Source: Pelomyxa schiedti (lineage: Eukaryota > Protista > Evosea). Taken from it: 32,193 nt of DNA. The translations under genes and the position numbers were made by a program. This document shows, one piece after another, positions 10,453-23,370 of the stretch. The notes below the pieces were generated by a model, which was not told the DNA's origin, did not search any database, and saw only the letters and a list, made by a program, of their open reading frames with translations. The stretch covers positions 1-32,193 of the forward strand of contig JAHLWZ010000993.1 in the NCBI GenBank assembly GCA_020536535.1, read 5' to 3'. Numbering within the stretch: position 1 is the first letter of the stretch; each line of letters opens with the position of its first letter.

Positions 10453-12837
10453 TTACGAGCGTACGAACTTCTGTAAGTGCAAGACCCAGTCTGCAGCAGA
10501 ATCGGAATCGGAGGCTCGGAGTTGGTAGCTGCGCACGCTACTGCCAAAGAAGGAGGATGCCGCCGGAGTGCAATCAATCTGGAATAGGTTGTTCGCTGGT
10601 GCGGAGAACCGGAGCCGGCATGCCCACAGGGGTATGCTGTCGTCTGGTGCTGGTGCCTGTGTAGGGCGGGATTAAACACCAGGGTAAAGGAATAAGGCGC
10701 TGGCAGGACGTACTTGGATGTATGTAAAGTAGTGCAGGAAGCCGTAGGTAGTAAGAACGAAGTGGTATTTTCGCCATGAGAACATGCCACTGCATTCCAA
10801 CTCTCCTTCTTTAGCGACTGTTCTTTTTTGTGTTGATTTGGTTTTTTTTTTCCGTTGTAACAATTACTATCCTTTTTTTTTGTTGTTGTTGTTGGAATAC
10901 CTGATTCTTAGGTAATTTGTTGCAGGGAAAACACTCAGGTATGGACGAGTTTCGGTAATCCTTGAGTAAGGTAAGTCTTTCTTTTAAAAACCTAGTCGCA
11001 TACTGAGTTTCACTTTCAGTGGTTTCCTTGGGGGTCGTTGATTCGGGAACAGCGTGGCCACGGCTATCTTTGAGTGCTGCAACCTTGTGAACGAGTGAGG
11101 GTGGAAAATATGAGTTGAACCGATTACCACTTGGTTGGCAATCCCGATGTCAGTGAGTACCTTCCCCAGCATGTTACTTTGCTGGATCATAAGTCTTTGC
11201 ACAACATTTTTCACAAGAGAAAGGACCTGAGTTTCAATGGCTTCAGTTTCCTTTACGAAAATGTTAGTTTGGCAGAGGTAATGTTGCTTGATTACTTGAG
11301 AAAATGCAATGAGAAATGACGATAACTGGCTATGTGACAGGAAAAAAGCGTTGGTGCAATGTATCACACTCGCTTGAACAAGCCACGGATCCCTACTCAA
11401 GGAATGGAAGGATTCAGGCTTGCAAACAGCAGTGCATTGAGCTCCCTCATGTGTCAGGGTGTCGATGCTACCTTCCAGCTCTTGAAGAATCTTCAGTACC
11501 CTTGCTGTAAGTTACTTATTACATCCGTTTTAGGGGAAGGCTTGCTTGTCATAATTAGTAATGAGAACAGTCAGTGTTGGTACTCCTTTGGTATTTATCT
11601 TTTGTTGAGTGCTATTAATCTTCGTAAGGTAGCTCTTCAGAACAGGCCCGATTTCCAGATTAATAAGTCGACAAAATTGTGATCCCATTTCCACTTCAGT
11701 ACGAGATACTGAGGAGAGGTTTCATAAGAGAATCATAAATCTCAGTGTAATTACAAGATACCTCTCTGAAAGTAATCAAAGACGTTCTCCATGGACCTGT
11801 AGTGGGTGAGACTGTAACATGTAACAAGTGCTCACCCCAAGGAAACTGTCGAGGGTGCCTGGAAGGTCAAAGCAGCATTGTACGCTTCATATGCTTTTAC
11901 TCTGAATTTGAGATTAAGTATGGTACACTTGTGTAGTGTTGCTCTCGTACTTGGCAGTGACGTGATTCAAAAGAAGCTGAACAGATGATGCTGCATGAGC
12001 TAGTCTTGCCCTCAGTGTTTCCAGAAGAGACCTCATTCCTTCAGTGCAAGAGTCCAAATGCATCCCTCGTACACGTCGTAACTCTTCCTCAAGTTCACGC
12101 TTTGCTAGAAGTATGACTGGGGCCAGCTTATCAAGGGGTGGGTGAGTAGGAAAACCAAGTGCACTAGCTCCTCGTGTCGGCGGCTGTTGAGGGTGCGTTC
12201 CCGGCTTGGACCCAATCACACTGCCTCCACTTACGCTTGTTGGTGCCGAAGTCGTCGAGACTGAATTCACTGCCCCAACCACTGGAGTAGCAGTGACAGG
12301 GGGGTTCAGCGAAACTACTGGCAGTGCGGTTGTTGAGGCCGGATTAGCACTAACAGCAGCTGGAGTTACAACAGGATGCTCCGCAGAACAAACCGTCTCC
12401 GTAACAGACACAGCAGCTCCGCTCGTGGTCGTAACAGCAATGGCTGATGTCACACAAACAGGTGCTTCTGCCGTCGTCGTTTCCTTGTGTGCCTCAGGCT
12501 TTACTTCTTCTTCTTCACGTGTGTCGCTATTACTGCTGCTTTTGGTGTTGCCTTCATTTTGGATGTGACCGGGCGACGGCGACCTGTCCGTAGAAGTCGT
12601 ATTCGACGTTTCCGGGGCAGAAAAGACGTCGTTCACGGGGGTCGTTTTTCTCTGCGGTTGGTCGTCTTCGGGCCGCAATGTAGGTGACGGTGCGGCGTCG
12701 TGATCACCAACAACATCGGAGGATGTGCCTTGATTGTTCTTCTCGTCGTTATCGGGCCTCGAGATCTCGTCTACAACTACTCTCGTCTCTGTCGCCTCTG
12801 GCGCAGCACCGACAACGTCGCCAGGGGAGTCACTCAT
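10453..12837 (-). CDS. Protein with low-complexity N-terminus, helical BAR-like region and C-terminal PH domain (Slm1-like architecture)
   Basis: S/T/A/V/P-rich first exon, amphipathic helical middle exons, and PH pattern KEGELECSGMFSWRKYHFVLTTYGFLHYF...PDDSIPL...YQLRASDSDSAADWVLHLQKFVRS*. BAR call is inferred. Confidence 0.7.
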
Positions 12838-12993
12838 GCCAAAACAAAAAAAGGAGAAGAATCTTTTCCTTTTTCCGGTAACGAGGAAAGAAAGAAAAAC
12901 ACGAGCGAAGGAGATAACAGATGTGTGGCTTTTTTTTTTGGATTGGATTGCTGTAATCTACAAAGGGGGTGATGTGGCATCCTCAGAACAAAG

Positions 12994-15900
12994 TTATTCT
13001 GAGGAATTGATGCTGAGAGAAGGGGGTGGTTTGTTGTTCGCAATGTCGTGTGCCTTTTCAACCCGAGATACGATGGTATTGAAGTCTATTCGAAGGTGAG
13101 TGATTTTGTCAAACTGGGAGAAGGGGTTCATTCACAAACCGGGTCTATCTGCGGGGTCTTGTGCCCAGCAGGCGGAGATAAGTTCACGCATGGATGGTGG
13201 AACGGTGTCTGGAATCGGCAGTCGGGAGCCGGAAATCACGAAATCAGATATTTCTGCAAGAGATAGAATTGGGGAAACCCGTGTGAGAATTGGGGAAGGG
13301 AGTGGGAAGTGGAGAAAGAGCATACTCCAAACAGACGAGAATTGTGCCACGTCATACGGCTCTAGTTTGAAAAGAAAAATATTGAGCTAAATAAATACAT
13401 TGGAATGGCGTTCCGATGAGTACCTTTTTCTGTCCACACTTGGAAAACGAGGATGGCGAAACTAGTTTGGAAATGAAAGAAAGGAAAAAACAAAAAGATA
13501 ATGAACAACAGCAAGTTTAAATATCTCTACCTGAAAACATCAGCACTAGTGCTGTAGGGACCGTCTTGTATAATTTCAGGAGCCATGAAGACTGGTGTGC
13601 CAATCTACATTCGCTAGAAGTCAATGTACAGAATGGTGGTGTTTGAGCGGACCTGTTTGGTGAGCTGCTGCATAGTTGCATTTTTATTGACTCCTCTGGA
13701 TGTTCCTAGTTTGGGGGTAGTTGCACCTGATTTTATTTGTCACATACCAAAATCACTTAGTTTGCAGTGGATTGGCGCGTCATCCGCGGTTGATACCATG
13801 AGAAGGTTATCTGGCTTCAGGTCTCTGTGGAGTATTGATGAAGAGTGTAGGAATGCGACTCCTTGGAGGTACCGTTAATTTATTAATTAGTGCTGTCCAA
13901 CACAGCCACACCTCGAGCACAGTCAGTAATGCATCTCAATTTGAGTATTGGTGAGAACAGTTGCTTTTTCATGCAAGACACTAAGCTCCCCAGTGGCAGG
14001 AATTCCTTTTGAATTCAGGGAAAACCGGAGAAAAAGAGTACGCACTGTAACAATGGATAGGGAGCCACTGAGGTGAACTGCGCCAATGAAATTTACAATC
14101 TTGTTCACCCGTTGAGAAATTGGCACTACATGAGAAAAGTACATATGGACTACGGAAAGCTTCCATATTTTCCACCTCTCGTTTAAAATCGTCGTATACC
14201 CCGGTTCCTGATTGATATTTCAGCAGTTTGATGGCCACTTCCATTCCACGCCATTCACCTACACAAATAATTCTCAGTGGTTGAATATTGTCGTTGGAGT
14301 TGCATACCACGATAGACTGTGCCAAAGCTGCCCTCACCTAGATTGAGTTGGACAATGAAAGAATCGTAAAAGTGACTTACCAACTTCAGGCTACAGTCAT
14401 TTGATGAGGAAAGATCATGTTAGAAGTGTGAATGTCGAGCAGCTAGACTCACCTTGAACAGTGTCAGTTCTTCTGGATCCAAGCGTGTACTAACTTTGGC
14501 TTCCGCCGACATTGGTATTTGAACAAATGTCGATTCCGGAGGTTTAAACTCCTTTCCTTTGGCATGTAAAAAGGTAAAGTCAGAAAAAGAGCGAGACAAA
14601 ACCAGGGGACACAGCTAAAATTAGATTTTGTGTTACACGACAAGAACAGTGAAACTTGAGAACGGCAGTAACTTCAAGGGTCTCTTTCTTCAGAGGTGTT
14701 ATTGAATATGACTGTACGTGAAGGAAGCTCACTTTTCGCAAGGTTCCACTAGGTGGGGTAACAAAAACAGAAAACTTCTTGGTTACGGGCGGAACAAATT
14801 TGAATGTTTTCGGTTTATGTGATGGATTTGCAACTGTAAACGTTTCCGTATTCTCGGTATCAATAAGGGCTTGACGATCACCTTGTTTTATTTTTTTGAG
14901 ACCAGATAGATAGATAGAAATAACACAAACCAAGTCCAAATGTCATTTTGCTAAGAGAGACCTGGTTTCAGTAAGAAAAACCCGTAGTAGTGACAGTTTT
15001 TACCAAAAGAGGAAATCCAAACAGATCCACTTGCCTGGAAGAAGGTAAAACAAAAAAGAGGAGAGTAACATCTTAACTGGGAAACTTTGAGATCAAATTC
15101 TTCATGCTGGTCTTCATCTGCGAAGTGAAGGCGTTCCATTGTTCTGTCAACAGCGGGGAGAACAGGTCTTTGAATATTTATAAATTGTTGGAAAGTACAG
15201 TCAAGTAAATACGTCTTTGACTTCCTTCGAAAAATGCAGTAGGTGACCCCTGACCCTACACTAAGTGCAAGCAACCCAACTATTATAATAGAAATGGACC
15301 AATAAGGTGGTTTCTTTGGTTGATGAGAGGAAGAAGTATCCGGTGGCTGTTCACAGAACTCTTGGGAAAGTTAGAGGAGGCCAAAGGAGTAGACTACCCA
15401 GAGTTTCAGCAAATGTGAGTGCATCAATATCAATGTAAGTAAAGGAGGACTCGGCCGTTTTGAAGTAGAATTCAATGGAAATTATTGCACTTTCATTGAG
15501 GAGGTCAGATGTCACATTCATGCACACACTTTGCCTAGTTTTGGGTAAATTAAGGAGTAATAAAATGAGAACAACCAAGAGGAAGTGAGATTAGTTTCGA
15601 AAGCATAGTAAACGGGATTTGTTTGCCCATATGCATCCAAAATGTGAACCTCAAGGGAATCTTCATTGAAATAAATTTCATGTATTTTTGGGGGTACAAA
15701 CTGATAAAACCAGATGTTACTGTTGCCCGGACGGCAAAATCCAACCTAAGATTTTGTGTAAAAAAATATAGACATGCCTCATTAAAACCATGGGTACTGT
15801 GCCAAATTGAAGGAGAAGTGATCAGCTGATACTGACACCAGGGTTACCTCACCTTCAATTTCATCCGGGTAGCGACGCAGAACTGCATCACCCAGCAGGG

Positions 15901-18900
15901 GTCGGTCACTGACTAGTATTGTGTGGTTACAGCACAGAGTGAGGTTGAGTCCCGGACCAAAGTCGGTGGTTGTTTCTGTGAGGTCATAGGAGGGATCCCA
16001 TGGGATGGTTTCTGATGCGGGGAAAACGGAAATTAGATGATGGCAAGGTTCCTTTGGGAGAGCACACACGAATCCAAAAGCGGAGGTATCTGATGATGCT
16101 GGAAACAAATTCGTATGGATTCCAAGCATAAACAACGCAGTCCATTTCATAAAGATAGTAATATGGCAGGTCGATCAAAACTGTGTTTGATGTGGCCTCA
16201 TAAAGAAGAACGTAAACACTTTGGTCAAAGGAGCACCACAGTTGATAAGTGTTACACTGAGGCGCAGAGACTGGGCAAGAAACACCAAATTGCACTTCTG
16301 TTAATGTGTCAAAAAAATTAGGAGTGGGGGGAAAGGGGTGTGATTGGGCAAAGCGTTAGAATTTTTCTACTCACCATTCCAGAAGAACCGAACCGTTGGC
16401 CACAATATCTCATCACCAAGGTAGTACATAAATGAATACTCAAAGTCATCGATCGGGGTGGGAAACGCCGGCACACAAGGTAAAACACCTGCCATTTATT
16501 TTTCTGTGGTGAAAAATCTTTGTTGAAATAAACAACTATGTACTTAAAATTGTTGAGAACTTCCCAACAATGGGATTGCTAGCTTGATATTGTCCCTCGT
16601 ATGAAACATCAGTTGTGCTGATGAAGTACGGGTCTTCGGAATAGCTAACACAAGGTGTTAATCGACAATAAGACAAGCAATATCAACTCACCCAGAAACA
16701 AGAAGGTCACCCGTACTTGACACAACAATTGAAGAGTACATGCCTGTGTCATTATTCAGGGTTACGACTTCATGATAAAGCAAAGAGTTGAAAATGTCGT
16801 AGTACCCTGATTTCCACTTTATTGACTAAAGTAAGGAGAATTGACTGGCCTACCAACAAATGCCTGGGAATCGGTGGTTTCACCAGCTAAAACTAAAGTG
16901 TCAAGAGAGAATTGCGCGATATCATTTAGTGTGCCAAAGTCTGAAACAGCGAGTTTCGAGACAGTGTAAGACCCCCACATTGCCTTCGAGTAATCAGTCA
17001 ATTTGAGCATACAAAAATAAGACACCTTGTACAGTATATTTTCCTTTTGTGTGAAATAAAGATGAATCCCTGTCGTGTAGTCACTAACAAGGGTTGGTGC
17101 TCCACATTCGGCCTATGTCAGAAAAGTGAGTGGCGGTGCGGAAATATCCAACAAACCACGATAGAGCTATCACCAGCTCCAATAAACACAAGGGCGCATT
17201 TCCACTGCCCCGAGGTTGTGTCACACTGAACTGATATGCAATCTGGTGATAAAAGAGCCAGAAAGTAATTCACTGATTGGGCACTCTGAACTTCTGTGTA
17301 AGTAGCGATTCTTGATTGAACAGGTGCTACATATTGAAAAAGTTAGACTTAAAGAATGAAAATTAAAACTAATGTCATCAATGCCTACGTGATGTGCCAT
17401 AGCAGTAGAACATGTTCCAGTCAGCGTCAAAGAACAGTAAAAGGAAACTGTATGAAGATGGACAGAGATCAGGATCTTCCAGTGGGAAAGTTGTTGTCAC
17501 GGGAGAGACAAGAATTATTCTACCGGAAATAGTTGGTTTAATCTGTTGATGGAGAACAGGTACTTAGTTCCATCATCAAATATAACTAGGTCATGGAAGA
17601 ACTCCTCCTGGGGTCCACCCCATCGTACTGTAGAAATGTTGAGGGATACAAAAATAGCCACAAATCACCTACCTGACCAATAGCGGGTACAATCTTGTAT
17701 GTTAAATGCAATTATGGAAGCGTCAATGGTATTGAATGAAGTTGCCACAAGTAATCCAGCGGGAGCATTTTCAACTTCCAGGGGGGTATTTTCTTAAAGG
17801 AAAAAAATTTTGCTTAGACAAAAGGTGGATACAATGCAAAGTTACCTCCAGCCCCAACAATGTAAAAGAGCTGGGCATCTTCATCTAGTACAATAGTGGA
17901 AACTGTCCCAGTTGTGGAATCCCACGTGTTTTTACAAACTGGGGTAGCACTGGAATCCAATTTTGCAATGAAAGGGCCATCGCTTTCACCACAAGTGTAC
18001 AAAACTGTAACTTCATGAGTTGAAAAAAAAATTGATATACAAGAATCCATAGAAAGAGGCACACATCCTTTGCTGTCTTGAGCTGCTTTAATTAAGTAAC
18101 CAGAATCGGAATTTGGCTCCACAAAAGAGCTCACAAAAAAAGATACATCAGAATTTTGCACACACAGTGTGCTGCAATTTTGCACATACACATCCCAAGC
18201 ACACCCAGGTGTAGAATCACAATCTTCCAGTGAGATTTGCCAGCATTGCATACATGGCGCATTAGAAGCGTAGCATGTAAGCTGACTGGAGCACCATTGG
18301 CAGTTGGGCCTTACGTTTTGAGTTAAAGAAAGGTAGACTAGACATATTGCAAACCTCTCATCGCAAGTGAACTGGGTTGTCCACTGCTCACAAGGACCAC
18401 AGCACTGAGGAAGTTTTGTGGATTCATTTAAAGGTGCACAGAGGTACTCTTCCTCACAGAATCCACACTGTAATTGAGAATTGCATGTAATATCATTACT
18501 CAGATCTGAGCAATAGCTGCAGTAGTCATGCGAATCCATGCATACATTAGTGGAGTTGCACCAACTGCATGCGGGCCTAAACATGGGGGAAGAGTCAACC
18601 CAGTGGTTGGGCCATTTTAATAGCAGTACTGTTGGCAGTCGAAATATTTTCTTTGAAAGCATTGTGGGCAAGAATCTGAAGTACATAGAGATCCCAGTTC
18701 ACAGAAGAGGCAATTACCGTACTCAGGACTGAAGAAGCTAAGTTAGTCAAGTGGTCACAGTGGTGTGAGACTTATTAATCTAATTTATTATGGAAGACTC
18801 TTCAGAAGAATGAGTGCTGCCGTTATGACATACTCAATTAAGCACACATCCTTGGATTTGGCTGTCTCACAGGGTTCACAAGATGCTGGCCCAGCAATGC

Positions 18901-20622
18901 AGGTATGTCTCTGTGAGCACCAAAGGCATGGGGACGTGCATTCAGTGTTAGATTTGACAGAACAATCTGAAGATAGTGAGTACGGACTTAATAATAGGGT
19001 TGAGAAGCTACCAACAAGTGTTGTGGAATAAATAGTAATAGTTGTTGAATTAAAAACGGTATTGCTTATTTGTGGCATGTCTAACCAAGATCTTTGATTT
19101 TGGGTAAAAAAAGGGAATATACATAAATTAGATTGGATTGAAATTGATATCATACGCAGTTGTAACAAGAATGCTGCCTGCAGGGTCAGTTACGCGGGCG
19201 CCGTATGTGTGTAAGAGGTAATCTTTCTCTTGTGATAAGTTCTCAATTATTCCAACTTCTGTTTCTTCATATGGGGAAAATAATAAATCCTCATCACCGT
19301 CATCATCTAAGTTTATGAAAGAGTGAAGGGAGAACAACTATGATAGAATATTCTTAAAATAAAGGAAAAGGATATCAGTGCACAACAGTTGGCAACTTGT
19401 CAAATTTGTTGCATAAACTTCAACAGTTTCGTTGATCCACTCGCCCCCTGGAAAAGTGTCCCCATTGTACTGTATAACTACAAAATTTATCACTCCTGTT
19501 TTCCGCATCTCTGCAATCCCTATTGTCCAGCTCTCTATGGTGCATAGCCATTAAAAACCAGTAATAATACTTTTCGAGAGCACCTGCACAAACAGCAGAG
19601 CACAAAATATCGCCACTGTTTCCGGAATCAAAGATTAAACCGGATGTCCAAGAGGATTCCAAGTCGGAGTCTTTCCACAGCACCCACACAGAGTGATTTC
19701 CAACCCCAATTGAGACAAACGGAGACGGCTGCTTTGGGACAAGTGGAAGGCTTTTCTGGTACATTGGTAGAGGGTACAGTCGCTCTAGTGGCACAGTTGT
19801 GAAGCTTGTGTCACATGTAACTTGATTCCCTGAAATCACTTCCCCTGCACACACATGAACCACTTGAAGTGGTGGGCTATAACCCATTCTATTGCTCTTT
19901 TGTGGTGATGAATTGGCTGGCAGAACCAAATCAGTGGAGGAACACAAAGCTAGTAGATACAGTACATCCGAGCTGTCAGCATAATAAGATGAGGCTGACC
20001 CACAGTAACCAAGTACAAGGGAATATGTCCACGTGCTGCCTGTGATTATTTTAACACCGGTATATCCTGTGACAACTGTAACGACATTTGTGCCCCATAT
20101 AGAAGTCGAACATTGCACACTAGTTACAGTGAAATCTGTTTGCCCCCACAAATTAGTCAAGTGCAAGAAAAACTAAGGGGCGACAAATACAAAAACCAAT
20201 GGGAAAAACCAAAAAAAAAAAAAAACCAAACACTTTGGTTTACCAGTGTACTTGTAACGATACACAGGGCCATAAGTCACGTCAGTGAGCCCAAACACCT
20301 CCGACAGGCAGTCTTCCTCCTCCTCGCCCCCGTCTGCTGCAACTTCAGGGGACGGCGCGCACGCGGTGTAGGCGCCCACGACGTCCCACCACCACGGCTG
20401 CGTAGACATCATCGTCCACTGCACAGCGTAGCCAGCGTCGACCGTGCCGCGCCACTGCGCGTTGGGCCCCGACAGCGTGGTGATCTCGCGGTGCGCCTCC
20501 TCTTGCAATGTGATCGCCGACGCCGACATCGCGCCCGGGTCGTGGAAACCGCAGATCTCACATGCCACGATGACCCCCAGCACAACGAACACGGTGTCGA
20601 CAAACGCGGAGACTGCCATCAT
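12994..20622 (-). CDS. Large single-pass receptor-like protein kinase (TKL / Entamoeba transmembrane-kinase type) with Cys-rich PSI-like repeats
   Basis: Hydrophobic N-terminus; repeated CxWC/CxFC units; [16 protein letters not shown]-like loop; [29 protein letters not shown]; kinase motifs [43 protein letters not shown]. Not every ectodomain splice junction was traced. Confidence 0.85.
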
Positions 20623-20911
20623 CGTCGTCGACACACCCTCCACTCGTGACGGCGCCTGACGCCCGTTATTTACGTAAAATCTGTTTCGTGTAACCAATTT
20701 GCAAAGCGTTTCGTTTTTTTGGGGGCATTGACACTGATCTGGGGCTCATTGTGCACAATAAGCAATTGGAGTTGCAGAGGGGAAAAAAAAGGGATTTTCC
20801 GATTGCTGATATCTTTTTCATTCTTTCAAGGACAGCTCACAAATGACATGACGCCTGTAACAGAGGAACATTTTTGAAATCAATAGAATGTTATCCTTCT
20901 TTTCGGCCTGG

Positions 20912-22197
20912 TTATAAAAGTCTGTGAAGGAGCTTGTTTGCCTCTTCTTCACCAACACCGGCTGTACCAAGGCGCCTGTTGGTTGGGTCATGGCAATCAG
21001 ACCCCCCTGTCACGAGAAGGTTGTATCTTGTTGACCATTCCACGACGATTCTTTCCAGTTCTGGTGTGTGGCCAGGGTACCGGGCCTCAAATCCATGCAC
21101 AGGAAGTAACGCAGGTGCTGCTGATGCACAAGTTGTGCTTGGTGACTCTGTGAATCCTGTGTGGAACATTTCGGCCATGAGCTGAATAACTGTACTGACG
21201 GGAGGTAGAACTTCCTACAACGTGCATAAATACAAAAAAAAGAACTTCCATAACTTAGGGAAGAACCTTGTAAAAGGATTCCCCAGGGAATGACCCTGCG
21301 GCAGGATGGGCAAGGATTCTCACTAGTTGTGGGTACTTGTCCAATAGCGGTTTCAAATCAGCAGGCTCCATCCCTGTGTATAGTTGGTCTTTCTACATAT
21401 GACTGAGAAATTCACCAGAGGGTACATATGCAGCACTGTCATTACTTATCAAAAGGTTAATTGTATCAGTTTCAAGACCGCGGGCTTTCAGTGCCAGCAT
21501 GAAGTGCCTTCTTGTCACATTACTTGCGAGAGCCTTTTAATAAAAGTTGGAAGAAGTTACTGACAAGAAAAACCTCACCTCTATCTCTTCCACAGTCAAG
21601 TCTGTTTTAAGTACTTGCTTAATGGCTCCCGCAGGACCAAATAGGGCATTTATTTTGTCAACTCTTGCCTTGTTAAGGGCATGGCCTCGAGCTAAACTGT
21701 GTCGAATAAGCCTTGGAGACTAGAGATTGTGCAAAAATAAAACATACACACCTGAGGACATGCTCTGCTTCCTCCCTGAATTGTGCATTGTGAAACAAAC
21801 TGGCAGGAATGTACAACAGGTAGTGCAGAGTGCCAACGAAAAACGGGCGAGTGAATCTCAAACTAACTTCAACACCAGGTACAAACTACGAGCACTTTAA
21901 AATTAACAAACCAAAGGGGTGCCGCTTGGAAAGACCAAGCGAGAAGAATAATAAAAAAAAAAAAACAAAAACCTTAATGCCAAGTGCCTGAGCCTCACGT
22001 TCCGCCTCGTCGAGGCCTTAAGGGTATCAGCTTCAGTGTTTTCGAACGAAAGCGAAAACGAAAAAGATACCGGCAAGGGTGTCGTGGTCAGTGACGCCGA
22101 GGACCTTGATGCCCAGATCGCGGGCAACTTGCACCAATTGAGCGGGGGTGTATGTCCCATCAGAGGCCGTCGTGTGGTTGTGCAGATCCCCAAACAT
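20912..22197 (-). CDS. PHP-domain metal-dependent phosphoesterase (TrpH/YciV-like), about six introns
   Basis: MFGDLHNHTTASDG, GVTDHDT, FVPGVEVS, LHYL, LAHP, GFEARYPGH, TGGSDCHD: full PHP metal-ligand set. Confidence 0.9.
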
Positions 22198-22544
22198 CTT
22201 GTTGTCTCTGTGGTGTCTCTACGACGGACGGATTTTTGTTTGTTCGGTTGAATCCAAACAGGGAAGAGATTCTGATCAACGTGACTACGACTGGGAGGCA
22301 GTTTGGAATCTGGTTTGTGGAGGTACTTGGACTCGTTCGCTTGTGGGGGGACACATCTGTCCAGCATCGAACCTGTTTTTCAGTTCGCCCTGTTATTTGA
22401 ACCGTTTGGTGCCGCTCGGGGTTTCAAACAATTTCGTTGTCCGTTTTTAAACAAGAAAGAAAATACTGGAAAGATCAAATTAAAAAAACAACAAGGAAAC
22501 CAACAGCAACACCACAACAACCAGCATCGTATTCTGCCAGCAAA

Positions 22545-23248
22545 ATGGCGGCGTCTGATATTGAGTACAAATTTGTCGTGATGGGAGGTGGGGCGGTGGG
22601 CAAAAGTTCACTCACGTGCATGTTATGCAAGTCTCACTTGTGAGTATTCCTCATATGAGGTTTTTGTCCTCCTCTAATATCCTTCCCAGCATCGAAGTTT
22701 ACGATCCCACAATCGAGGATAGCTACCGAACTCAATTCGAGACTGAAGATGGTCGCGTAGTAGTTCTCGATATTCTCGACACAGCAGGGCAAGAAGAGTA
22801 TGTCTTTCCCTTGCGTAGTAATTAATAAGTCTCACCCATAACCAGTTACTCTGCTATGCGCGAACAATACATGAGAAGCGGCCAGGGATTCCTGATAGTG
22901 TACAGTATCACATCCCACCAGAGCTTCGAGGAATGCGCCACATTCCGCACGCAGCTGAACCGAACCCTCGACCGCGACGAATTCGACAGCAAGCCGGCAC
23001 CCATTGTTCTCGTCGGCAACAAGTGCGACCTCTCAGACCAGAGACAAGTCACACAGCGCGAGTCCGCGGAATTCGCGTCGGCCAGCGGCTGGAAGAACAT
23101 CGAGACCAGCGCCAAGGCTCACTTCAACGTAGAACAGGCATTCAGGCTACTTGTAAAGGCCGTGGACGAGTGTGATGAGCTTGCCGGGAAGCCCGTGAGG
23201 GGAAAGAAGAAGAAGGCAAAGGCCAAGAAGAGGTGCTCTGTGATGTAA
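22545..23248 (+). CDS. Ras-subfamily small GTPase (3 exons) with polybasic tail and CAAX
   Basis: [57 protein letters not shown]. Confidence 0.95.
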
Positions 23249-23370
23249 AATACAAAATACATATCATCCACCAAAGAGGAAAAATCAAGTGTATTGTAAA
23301 AATTATTCTTATCTGGAATTGTTTCTTTTTTCTTCTTCCTTCTTTCTTTCACAACAATCCCCTTGTGTTG

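Noticed and set aside
23200-23248. K-Ras4B-like polybasic CAAX tail as a novelty
   Set aside because: Common in Ras-family proteins of amoebae and other eukaryotes
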